Of a stretch of 64,000 nt of DNA, positions 25,277 through 36,686 are shown piece after piece (the stretch's first letter is position 1; each line of letters opens with the position of its first letter). The translations under genes and the position numbers were made by a program. The notes under the pieces were generated by a model. The model saw nothing but the letters and a program-made list of their open reading frames with translations. It did not search any database and was not told where the DNA came from. Location: assembly GCF_032062105.1 (NCBI RefSeq), contig NW_026940997.1, positions 1,054,001 through 1,118,000 on the forward strand, read 5' to 3'. Source of the DNA: Saccostrea cucullata (Eukaryota).

Positions 25277-26061
25277 TAAATACGATATTTAACTCCGGAA
25301 ATGACATAGTTAAGACTTTTTACCACCATTTCTTATTGTGATATACAAAATATTTTTATATCACTTGGTGGGATTTCTTAGCAGAGTCCCAGGGTTTTAT
25401 ATTAAACTCACAAACCTCTCCACTTCTAAAGATATGAAGTACTAAAACTCGGAATCCTATGGGCGAATGGTGGGATTTTAAATCCTAGCAACTATTCCAC
25501 CATTCTCCCATAGGAAAAAAATTTCAGATGGGATATTTTCTCCCATTAGGATTTTTTTCTCCCACAAATTTGTTCAAATGGGATAAATCCCACGAATATT
25601 GAAAATCAAACAATTTCTCCCATACATTGTGAAACATGGAATATATCCCATAAATTATGAAAATGACAAATCTCTCATCATAATATTTAGAATATATTCC
25701 AACTATAACAATGTATTGGAGAAAATAATGCATTGTCAATATCCGTGGGGTTAATCCCATTTGAACAAATTTGTGGGAGAAAAAATCCCCTAGGACAAAA
25801 TATCCCATCTGACATTTTTTGTTCCATGGGAGAAACGTGGGATAGTTGATGGGACTGAAAATCCAATCATTCTCCCATGGGATTCTGAGTTTTAGTACTT
25901 CATATCTTTAGAAGTGCAGATGTTAGTAAGTTCAACATGAGATCCTGGAATACTGCTAAGAATTCCCATCAAGTGATATAAAAATATTTTGATACCATAA
26001 ATAGAAATGGTAGCAAAAAGTCTGGACTATGTCGTGTCCATAGTTAAATGTCGTACTTTAA
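25277..26061. mobile_element. Foldback element, ~780 bp with >330-bp imperfect inverted arms, TTAA-flanked (Kolobok-like)
   Basis: For example cacttctaaagatatgaagtactaaaactc (25421) vs gagttttagtacttcatatctttagaagtg (25887), and tctcccacaaatttgttcaaatggga vs tcccatttgaacaaatttgtgggaga. Confidence 0.8.
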
Positions 26062-26261
26062 AATATTTTTAAGATGTTGGATGCAAAGAAGGAAACGCTT
26101 CTTTGATCTTTGAATGGAACACTGATCCCAAAATAATGATCTAAAGAAACTTTCGTTAAATTGTAAATCTTTTTAGTTCTCCAATTTTGAATTCTCAGTG
26201 TTCTCTCCTTGCATTCTTGGAAAATTCCTTCTTTCAAAACCATTATTTTGTTAGAAAATCT

Positions 26262-26400
26262 NNNNNNNNNNNNNNNNNNNNNNNNNNNNNNNNNNNNNNN
26301 NNNNNNNNNNNNNNNNNNNNNNNNNNNNNNNNNNNNNNNNNNNNNNNNNNNNNNNNNNNNNNNNNNNNNNNNNNNNNNNNNNNNNNNNNNNNNNNNNNNN
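26262..26400. other. Assembly gap (139 N)
   Basis: Run of N. Confidence 1.
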
Positions 26401-26429
26401 AATCTTTATAATTTGCGTTGGTGCAAAAA

Positions 26430-27010
26430 AAAAAATTCTAATGAATTTGGAGTGTTTATATTCTTGTTTTATCAACTTGTTTGTCAATGCTTTACCCGCT
26501 TTTAACAATAATTGTTCATACCTAAAGCATGCTCTCGCGTAACGAATCAGCTGAGAGATACGAATCCCGTTTGCAGGTGATGAGGTTATACTGTTGCATA
26601 AGTAAGGAAAGCTGATGATTGATAAGTTAAAGTCATCACTTTTATCATAAAGATTGAATGTTCGATTACCATTAACGTCTTTTTCAAGTAAAATATTCAA
26701 ATATGAAACAGAAGTGTCAAACTCTGTAGTACCTTTTTTCAAACTCACCGTAATATATCGTATCGACATAAGAATGGAAACAATCATTGTTATCGGTAAT
26801 TGACATCACGTCGTCGATGTATCTGAATGTTAAGTTGAAGGCCACAGCAAGTGTTTTCTTTACACATATAAGATTTTTGGACAAATTCTGCTTCATATGA
26901 ATACAAAAATGGGTCTGCTTATAACGGGGTGCAATTGGTACCCGTGAGAATTCCAATGGATTGTTGGAAGACTAGGTCTCCAAAAACGACATACATGTAG
27001 ATATTGTCAA
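26430..27010 (-). mobile_element. Decayed Penelope-like RT fragment
   Basis: ORFs AVAFNLTFRYIDDVMSI and SYLNILLEKD..LYDKSDDFNLSIISFPYLC..ISQLIRYARAC. Confidence 0.8.
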
Positions 27011-28664
27011 TGAAAAACTGTTATTTAGATTCTGTTTGCCTATACATAGGTAATTGAAAATGCTAAAAAATATCACTGAATTCACAAAGTAAACATGCGT
27101 TTTATGCATTCTTAAAGTTTGTTTGAATGTGCTGGTTATGAAGTATTGGTAGTGATCTGTATTTAAGTCTCTTAAACGTGTTTGTTTGTTGTTTAAAGTC
27201 CCTTTCGAGAGTTTTTCACTCATACGGAGATGCCATCACTTGCCGGTGGTGAGCTGCAAATTTTGAACTATACTCTGCACATCGGGCCATTGAGCAGCGA
27301 GGGATTTGCCAACACATATACGGCAATAAGGAATCTTGTCATAATTAATCTGAATAAATGATTTTGAGAAACTAGATATGTTAAAAGATACGTTCAAATC
27401 CCTTAGATTTTAGTAGTGGGCACTAATCGAAATGTAGGTGTGGTCTTGGATGAGAAGGGCACCAGAATGTGCAATTTTCTAAGAAGTTTGAAAGATAAGA
27501 ACAAGGTACATTTCAATACAAATCTTGACCTGTATTTTTCTAAAATTTGAAGTGATATAAAATACTAAAATTCATCCTTTCTGAATAGGCAGTAAAAAAT
27601 GCACAATTCATTTTTCTTAAATGCTAATTATGACGCCAGGAACTTGTGCATTTTCCAGTATTATCTTTTGAAGTTGCAGAAGACATCCATTTTCAGTGGA
27701 ATTTTCTATCAGAAAACATACAGTGAATGCGTCGCCCACAAAGATTTTGAGATATTTAATTTTTCAGAGCATTTTATACGATATATCAAAATTTTGAAGT
27801 GTGTAACGGTTGCACTATTTTCTAAAGGAAAAAAAGCACAGAATTGAGAGAAATGAGACATTTTGAAGCTATTCTGCATAAAACTTAAAAATTCACCAAA
27901 TAAATTAATGACGTTATAAATCCAGAATGGACATCCTTTGTGCCATATTATTGAATGATCTATCATATTCATCTACTTTACTCTTGTTAAAGCCAATTTC
28001 AATAATTTTAAGAACATGAATTTATTAGGACACAATAAAGCCCGAACTGTACCTATTCTTTATAGTATACACTGTCATCATCAAAAAGGAAGTTAAAATA
28101 ACAGACAATAGCCATGATAGCCCTACAATTTTATCCTCGACCATCAACACCTACAATCTTTGTAGACCTAGAACTCCATTTTTAAGTCTAAATGACTTTT
28201 CTAGTCGTCGAAGTACAGACCCACTGTGAAGCCTGGACAACATATCATGAAATAAAGTCTCTATAGTATTGACAATTGGACAAAGTTCAGAGAGAGGAAT
28301 TTCTTCCAGATATGAGCGGATTAGACGATGGTGATGGTAAAAGTAGCTATTTCAACAAGTATAACAAGTATTTAAGGATTCACTTTTATGATTTACTTCA
28401 GCAAGTGTTTTTTTTTTTATATAAGTAATAAGATCGATTTTTTTTTTTGGTCAATCAGATGTCCCTTTTTGAGGAAAGAAGACAAATACCAAAGCGACAT
28501 ACTGTATTACAGCAGATAAATAATCTTTAGAGTTATGTTGTTTTCTCGAAAGTATGGATTGCTGGACGCAAGTTATCATCAGTGTCGTCAAAACTATCGT
28601 TCTTGCAATCAACATAGAACAAATAACGTTTGCGTTGTAGTTGTTGGTTTTTACTCGGTTTCTT

Positions 28665-31230
28665 ATTATTATTATTAAGGTCTTCCGTCTTCACGGAAGA
28701 CCTTATAGTGATTCTACTGTTTCTTATTATTATTATTATTATTTTTTTTCCCAAAATTTTGTGCACGCGATTTCTCAGCGATGCGGATTTCTATGAAATT
28801 TTCAGGAATTATGCGCAATAAAATAAACTTGATACATTTTTAAGGAAATTTGGAAATTTGCTTCTGGTGCCAAGTTATGGGCAATTTCCTGATTTTAAAA
28901 TGCAATTTTGTCGCCCCTTTTTTTCGAAAATGGCTAAAGATATGACCTGGAGACTTATTGGAGATGATAGTTCGTGTCTTTGTGGTTTGCAGAATCACCT
29001 TTTTGTGCGTTGTCAGTTCTTCCGGTTGTTATGAGATGCAAATTTTAAAAAATCGTATTTTCTAACTTTTTTGTTTTTCAGTATTTTTCATTTATTTTTG
29101 GTTTGTTATATCCTGATAATGCTTACTATATAATTTGTTTGAATGTTGATAAATTTTAGATATTAGCATTGCAGTATCCAAAATGGCGGCTGTTTTTTTC
29201 AATAGGGATTTACGGAGGGACGTTTGCTTGAATGAAAGTAACATAAGGATAAATGAAATGTATAGGAATACTTGGATAGTCACGCCGTAGTTACGTTGCA
29301 GTTCTGTGTTTAACTTCTATAATTGGTTTTGGCTAAGTTCCCAAAGTTGAAAAAGAAAAGACTAAATGTGCAAATGAAATTCGATACCTAATATCTTTTG
29401 TGCACCACGGAAAATAGATCTCATCATATTTATAAGTAATACTTTCTCAAAAAAGAATATTTATTAATATTGTCAGTAGAAATCTTAACCACTGTTTTTC
29501 CTATGCACACTTGTGTCATATTATATATAAGAAGACGATTTTTTTAAAGATCGCTTCATGGAGTTTATTTTAGCATTCTTGTCTCAAAGACTTGATTCAA
29601 GTTATTGAGCATAAATGATATCTGATTCCTGACCGTCGTAGGGCGAGCCAGCGAAACGTTTCAACCTTTTTCAATTAACTAATCGGGATAGTTCACTTTG
29701 GGGATAAACAGGAAATTGAAAAGAAGTTAGAAATTCATAACCGTTTCACCGCTTTAGTGTTACAGGCATATATACCATATGGAATTTGTAAAATGTGTTA
29801 AACATACTTTCTAAACCTCGAATCTTAGGCTATAAGAACTTTTTTTTTTAATTTCATTGAAGCTATCACACCTATTTACTAGAACATTCCAAAGAAAAGG
29901 CGCGAAGATTAACTCGTGGCGTTTGGTGCTAAATTTTGAATAGTGACCCGCCTTTCATAATTTTAAAAGAGAATCACTGTTTCGTAAATATATATAAATA
30001 GATTTAGAGAAGAGGTCCCGATAGCGTAATATTTTTCGGAATTTCATGCTGGCGACATGGGTTCAATTCTCCTTGTGTGCAATTTTTTTTTTTTTACTTT
30101 TTCAGCTCGATTTTACGTTTTCTTTCCGGAATCGGACGGAAGACCTCTCGTTGCTCGCAACGAGTTGCTCATCTAGTTATTCTTTTTTTTCTTCTTTGTT
30201 CTCCGGTACTTTTTTGTCCGCGAGTGTTCTCAGAAACTGTTCACCCAACTAAGCTAAAACCTTTTTAGGGTTAATAGGTGTGTAGTGTAGGTGTGCGGAA
30301 CGAAGGTCATTTTGCGCGCATACGCATGCACGTGCGTGCGCGTGATATGAGTGAAATGACCGATATACTTAATATAGCTATAACTTTTACATTTTTTAAT
30401 GAAATGATTTGAAACTCATTCTATAAAGATATATTAATAGTGTAGATAATATGACACTGTCAAATTAGCACGAACTCACGCGCATGCACGTGAGCTTCGC
30501 TCTGATTGGCTGAAACAAAAATCTCAATATCTTTTCTGTTTTTTGACGAAATGATATGAAATTTAAAATATAGGCATACTTTAGGATGTTCTACAATATG
30601 GTATATAACAATTGTCTTGAAAACACGCGCATGCACGTGCACTGCAATCTGATTGGCTTAAACTTTAAATGGCTATAACTTCCTTGGTTTTCAACTAAAC
30701 AGGATGGGATTTAGAACATAGACACATATAATGGACTCCTACAAGAAGGTATGGTCATCATGCACATACAGGCACGTGCGTGCACGTGATCGTTCTGATT
30801 GGCTGAAACAAAAATCTCAATATTTTTTCTGTTTTTTGACGAAATGCCATGAAATCTAATATATATATATACTTTAGGATATATATAATATTATGTATAA
30901 CAATTATCGTGAAAACATGCGCATGCACGTGCGCTGCAATCTTATTGGCTAAAAATGTAAATGGCTATAACTCCCTTGTTTTTCAACCAAACAGGATGGG
31001 ATTTAGAACTTAGACAGACATAATAGACTCCTACAAGAATGTATAGTCCTCATGCACGTGCATGCATGTGCGTGCACGTGAAATGAATAAAATTAAAAAT
31101 ACGCTTAAATGAGTGTATTTCTTAATACTTCTGGATTAATTGATTTGATATTAATTATATTAAAATATATAAATGTGATAGACAAAACGATATGGTCATT
31201 ACGCACATGCATTCAGATGAGCACGCGTGC
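28665..31230 (+). mobile_element. Helentron/HINE-like non-autonomous composite with internal ~292-bp tandem repeat
   Basis: (TTA)n + 5' hairpin aaggtcttccgt..acggaagacctt (28677-28703); matching sub-TIR acggaagacc + hairpin ctcgttgctcgcaacgag + ctagtt at about 30136-30178; two ~292-bp units at about 30480-31080. Confidence 0.55.
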
Positions 31231-32569
31231 AATGCTAAAATTTATTGCATAAAGTGTGTCTTATTTAATAGCGCTTGCAGCGAATATGGCACCAAAAGGG
31301 AGTTGGGGAGCGTTTGGGGAACATCTGTAACGGTCCCCGTTACAATTAGCCCTAGTTACATGTATCATGTATTCGAGAAAACGCATTTCCTTTTTGACTG
31401 CTCGGTTGTGTAAATCAAACTCAGTTGCAAGAGTCACTGTTTGTACGTATATGTTTGTATAAATATTTATCTCATTACTCATTATAGTAGTTTGATGATA
31501 AATTTAATAGTGTGATCCATCTATGAATTTATATAAGATATAATTTCCTATTTTTACGCTCCTTATCGGAGGTAATGGATGGACGTATATGACCTGTTAA
31601 TCACCGAACTTTTACATGCAGGTCTAGGGTTTCTCTGGCTGGTACCCGTTCTAGATAAGAACTTTCTAAATTGATTCGATACAAAATCAGCTTATTCTAT
31701 GGATGAAAAATTTTAAAACGACGAAAGCTATCGACAGAATTCAACAGTCTCTTTTAAAGTAAACATTTCGCAAATTCTATGGTCGACCTAGAATGACCTG
31801 GATAGTAAACACAATCTATAATTAAGTTGAATGCTGGTTGCAGTATTTCATACAAATTGCTAAAACCATGATTTTTTCACTGACGTGTATTTTATTTTTG
31901 TCCACTCATGACAAGGAGCATACAGAGGTTGGGGCTGGTGACAGGTGATGCCTCTATGACAAATGGCTCTATCTATGAATACATAACAATTGTAAATAAT
32001 GAAAAAAAAATACTACATAAGGATTTCCAACCCTAAAAGGACCAAATTCTTTACTTTTAAATGTCCATCAAGTACACCATACTCTCATATTTAATTCAAG
32101 CACTTTTTAGTAGAAAAAGATTTACAGAGAAACGTTCCAGAATTAAATTAACGAAAGTCTAGTTAATTAACGAAGATTGCATTGAAGTCTATGGGGAAAG
32201 CGATTTTAAAAAAAATTCAAATAATAAGAATATCATTAAATACTGTGGCGGAAAGATGCATTGAAATATGAGATATAGAATGACAATTGAGAACTTTTCT
32301 TTTTACCAGATAAGTTTGTAAATTGATTTTTTATTCATTAAAAAACAGAGGGAGATAACTTTTATGAAAGCTCAAGGTCATAAATAAAGACACATCCCAC
32401 CCTTACAAGCTAATAGTTATAAATGGGAATTATTTCTAAATATATATGCACTGAGTATTTTAAACACCTACACATCTGAACGTATTCAATTTCTTTGAAT
32501 TTGTCGCTATCAGGGATAGAATACCTTAAGAAAAAAAAAGAAATCAAGTATTGTTCATTTACAATAAAT

Positions 32570-32890
32570 ATTTCCATTCTTATGTCGACGCGATATATCC
32601 CGATGAGCCTATTATAAAAGATACCACAGAGTCTGACATATCTGATTCATTTTAGAATCTTTTACTAGAAAAAGGCTTTAATGGTTATCTAACAAGAAAG
32701 CTTTATGATAAACGTGATGACAAACTCTTCAATCGTCAACTTCCTTTACTTTTGCACCAATATATACCCTTGTCAGCTGCACACGGAGTATATGCTCAGT
32801 ATCTCTCAGTTGATTCGATACGGAAGAGCAAAATTTGCATGGTCTACGTATGAGTAATGTCTCAGGTGAGTTATTGACAAAAACGTTGAT
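32570..32890 (+). mobile_element. Penelope-like RT fragment (another tail piece at 31720-31950)
   Basis: YVDAIYPDE..IKDTTESD, LYDKRDD, SQLIRY. Confidence 0.65.
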
Positions 32891-33770
32891 AATCAAATGT
32901 GCACAAAACAGCCAGTCGAATCGTCAAAATTGTGTACCAAAATTGATGACAAAAGCAAACCCGCGACCTACCTTAACATAAGAAACATTCGTCAAATAAC
33001 AGCACTTGTTCTTGAGCATACATGTAGTAACAGCAATTGTGTAATTGGTATTTATCTCGGTACAACAGCATAAAACTTTAAACTATTTTGAAATTCTATA
33101 AATATTATTAATAAATTAAAATTGACAAATGACTAGATTGTTAATTAAACAAATAATAATAAACACTCCGGGCAAGGATCAAATATAAAGTATCAAAAAA
33201 TTATACTCTTTCCTACATCAGGAGAATCCAATTCATACATAAAATGCTAGAATATCACGTGTCACATTTGAAAATTTTTAGCTTCTCAAGTGCGTTCGAT
33301 ATTCCAGAAGATTCCAAATCAAAAGCTCCCTCCTTCTTAAATCTAATAGGAATTTCTGCATCAAAGATAGACGTACTTAGTTTTCATTTTTTTAATCTTT
33401 ACAACTAATGACTTACCGACGGTTGAACTGAAAAAAAATATCACAAGCAAATTTGGTCAAAAAAATCATCTAATATAATGCTGATTCACTGTAACAGAAG
33501 CTTCATGACTATACAAAAAAGTTTCTTGCCAAGAACACTTCTCCTGATGATGTCAAAACCTGTTGACAACAATCCTATTCTGTGTTTAAGTTACAACATT
33601 TATGGTAAAACATACCAATATCAACAGATAAACAGTCTTTCTTCTATCATATCACATTGAAATGTTTAAAGCTAACCTTTTTCGTGTTTCTTTGTGTAAT
33701 TTTTTACACTTAGGATGTCGACCATTATGCAATCCCCCTATTCTACATATCCCGTTATGCAATAATTTAC

Positions 33771-33826
33771 TATAAAAGAGATCGTTTCGATTCCATTCAC
33801 ATCTTACCATATCTGCTTGATCAAAG
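33771..33826 (+). promoter_or_regulatory. Putative TATA box and non-coding first exon of Kunitz paralog C
   Basis: TATAAAAG 33771-33778; donor aaag|gtaaag at 33827; acceptor tttccag| at 33975, 4 nt before the ATG. Confidence 0.5.
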
Positions 33827-33979
33827 GTAAAGTGAGTTTTCAATTCATTATTCATTAAATGCTCAAAACCTAGTTCTTGGTGTAAATGGGTTTAACTGAG
33901 TCCTAGAATATTTTTTAAATTAAATTTTATTTTGAATATTCCAACTGTTTGATATATTAAAGGCTATCTTTCCAGTAAG

Positions 33980-35470
33980 ATGATGCTGACGTTGGGATTA
34001 TTAGTAGCACTTCCTCTGGCTCTGGGGCTTATAATGCCACCAGGACCCACGTATGGGCCAGGAGCTAACAGAGCGAATGGACAAACCCCTAACGTGCATT
34101 TTGGTCAAACTCTGAATATTGGGTCACCCAACACTGAAACCGGAAGAAACCCACCATTCAAACCAAATTCACTCGGGGAAAACATGAAACCTGGAATGCG
34201 GAAACAATTCCTTTGTAAGTTTAAACCACTTTTATGAACGTTCCTCAATATCTGTTTTGTATATCTTCGTAATGTTTGAAAAATATTCAAAACTTCAATA
34301 ACATTCTGATTTTTTAACCAGTTTCTAAACGTTTTTAAAAAATCCAAACATAAATCCAAACATAAATCCAAACTTAAACATTTGAAATTGGAAAATTATT
34401 TTTCTTCGCAAAAGGATTATATAAGAAAAACTATCCCTGGTATCTTGCAGAAATGCCTGGTAAGGTACCTCAATTTTTTGTGAGTAAACATGTTTAAGTA
34501 GCAATACTTCAGTGACAAACTCTTGTGAAATTTTATCTATTATTAAGTAACGTCTCGTCTGTCCTTAATTTCTGCAATTTCTTTATCTTCAAGAACAATG
34601 TCAATATACAAATGTATTAAAAATATTTCTAGTTGTTTAAATTGGTGAACGAATACCCTTACCTTAATGATCTTCATGTAGACTAATGTTTTGACATTTT
34701 ACTACACAGAGTGCACCATGTACCGTGACTCTGGTTATTTCTGCCCCTATGGTTATCCCCGCCCGGGTACAAGGTACTTCTTTAATGTCTTCAGCAGACG
34801 GTGTGAAAGCTTCTTCTACCTTGGCTGCGGAGGCAATCTAAACAGTTACTCCTCTCGCGAAGACTGTATCAGATCCTGTGCATGCTTCACTAACCCTGAT
34901 CGCGGAGTCTATCCTTGTTCTTATCCAAGCACCCGTCGATGGTATTTCAACAGATACTCGGGCACCTGCCGACCTTTTTATTTTAGCGGATGCAATGGCG
35001 GAAATGACAATAATTTCCAGAGCCAACTAGAATGTCAATCTTCATGTGGCCCAGAACCTTGCAGTGGACCATGGTGCGATGAACCTTTGATGCCGATACC
35101 AAGAGGACAGCCTACTCAACCAGCTCTAATCGCTAATACTGGAGCAGGCGCACTAACCAACCCGACAGCGTCAGCCAAAACTAACGCACATCAGCAGCTA
35201 GGTTTAAGTAGTTTTCAAGCCATAGGTCCAAATAATTTTGGGTTTTCTCTGAATAGAAGAAACAGGCATGGTTCGGTCAACACAAACACCATGACAAATG
35301 ATTTAATAAGTGAACTGTCCAACGGAAACAAAGGCATTGACATGTCCTCTGTTGCTAATATCTGGAATATGGCATCTAAATCAATGAATCAAGATTCACC
35401 TCCAAATGAAAGGAGTTTTGTATTTCCTACTCCAAACCAAGCAAATTCTGGAAAAAGAATGTATATTTGA
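33980..35470 (+). CDS. Double BPTI/Kunitz-domain protein (paralog C); exons 33980-34214, 34710-35470; the spliced junction reads T+AG = in-frame stop (possible null allele or young pseudogene)
   Basis: Signal peptide MMLTLGLLVALPLALG. The Kunitz exon is very similar to paralog B (CESFFYLGCGGNLNSYSSREDCIRSCAC; FYFSGCNGGNDNNF) and fully open. Donor ctt t|gtaagt 34215 plus acceptor cacag|ag 34709 gives TAG where B has CAG. Confidence 0.75.
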
Positions 35471-36059
35471 AACTATTAAATTTTCAGTCTACTTAATGTC
35501 ATGTTTTCATAAAAAAATTCTTCAATTTTCTTACGTACGAGGAACTAAAAAAAAGGTTTAAACTAACAAAGAACTCTCTCTCTCTCTCTTAATAGAAAAA
35601 AAAGGTAATATTACCAATGAGATCATAGACACTTGACATTTTACAAATTAATATACATGAAAAGATTCCATATTATAATACCATAATTATTGAATAATGA
35701 TATACTATTATGGCTATTAACATACATGTATAATTATTATTTAAGACTGTAAGTATTTCTGTTGAAGAGAGAGAAAAAAAGAATTGATAGGTTAAGTGTC
35801 TGTGAATCAGACCTGAATATTTTTGCTTACTCCTCCATGGCACCTGATCCATCCAACTGTTTTGGAGGTCAGTGTTTGCTATGCTCCTATTTTGTATTGT
35901 TTATTGGACTTTTGAGCTTTTATGCTGTTCAGTATCTCCATATATTTTATCCTACAAGTGGTAATCCAACTACCTATCGCCCCCTGCTATAAAGAAGGAA
36001 ATTCTTCATAAACATATGTCCCTTTTGAATTTTTTTTCAAATTCTCAACAACCAAAATG

Positions 36060-36410
36060 AATTTGAATTACCATATTTAAATTGGATTCCGAAACTCCAT
36101 TAAAAATCCTTACAAAGATACAAAGCGGGTTCCAGGAAATGTTCGACCAAGCCTCTTTCTTTACTCCTCACTAAAATATTAACAGAAGTGAAGGAGAAAC
36201 TTCAGGAGTACTATTCAACAACATATTCTAGAAGTGATGTAAATCAGATATGGATACTTCAAAATTCCAAGGAACTTTTGGGAAAATTTAAATCACATAA
36301 TTTTTACCTAAATCAAACATAACATTCAAACTTACGACTTTTCAACTTTATATACAACTATTCCCCATGATAAACTTAAGTCCAGGCTTTTTGATATCAT
36401 TGACAGATAA
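36060..36410 (+). mobile_element. Penelope-like RT N-terminal fragment
   Basis: AGSRKCSTKPLSLLLTKILT..YSRSDVNQIWILQNSKELL..YDFSTLYTTIPHDKLK. Confidence 0.75.
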
Positions 36411-36686
36411 ATTAAAATAAAAATTAAAACAGATATCATGTCGGAGTATAGGTGCTGGCTAGATAAAGATATCTTACTGCTTAATGGTTTTAAGTGCCGA
36501 GTTTACTTACAAAATTTGCAGCTCTCCACTGGCAAGTGAAGTGATTGTGTCTCAATGTGAGTAAAAAATTCTCGAAAGGTATACGTTTAACAATAAACAA
36601 ACTGGTGTTAGAGAGGGTGATGTCATTGGTCATTTCAAAAGTCATCATTTTAAAATTCAGATGGTCAATACAATGCCCATGTCAGC

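Noticed and set aside
26187-26505. ORFs spanning the N run
   Set aside because: Artefacts of the assembly gap.
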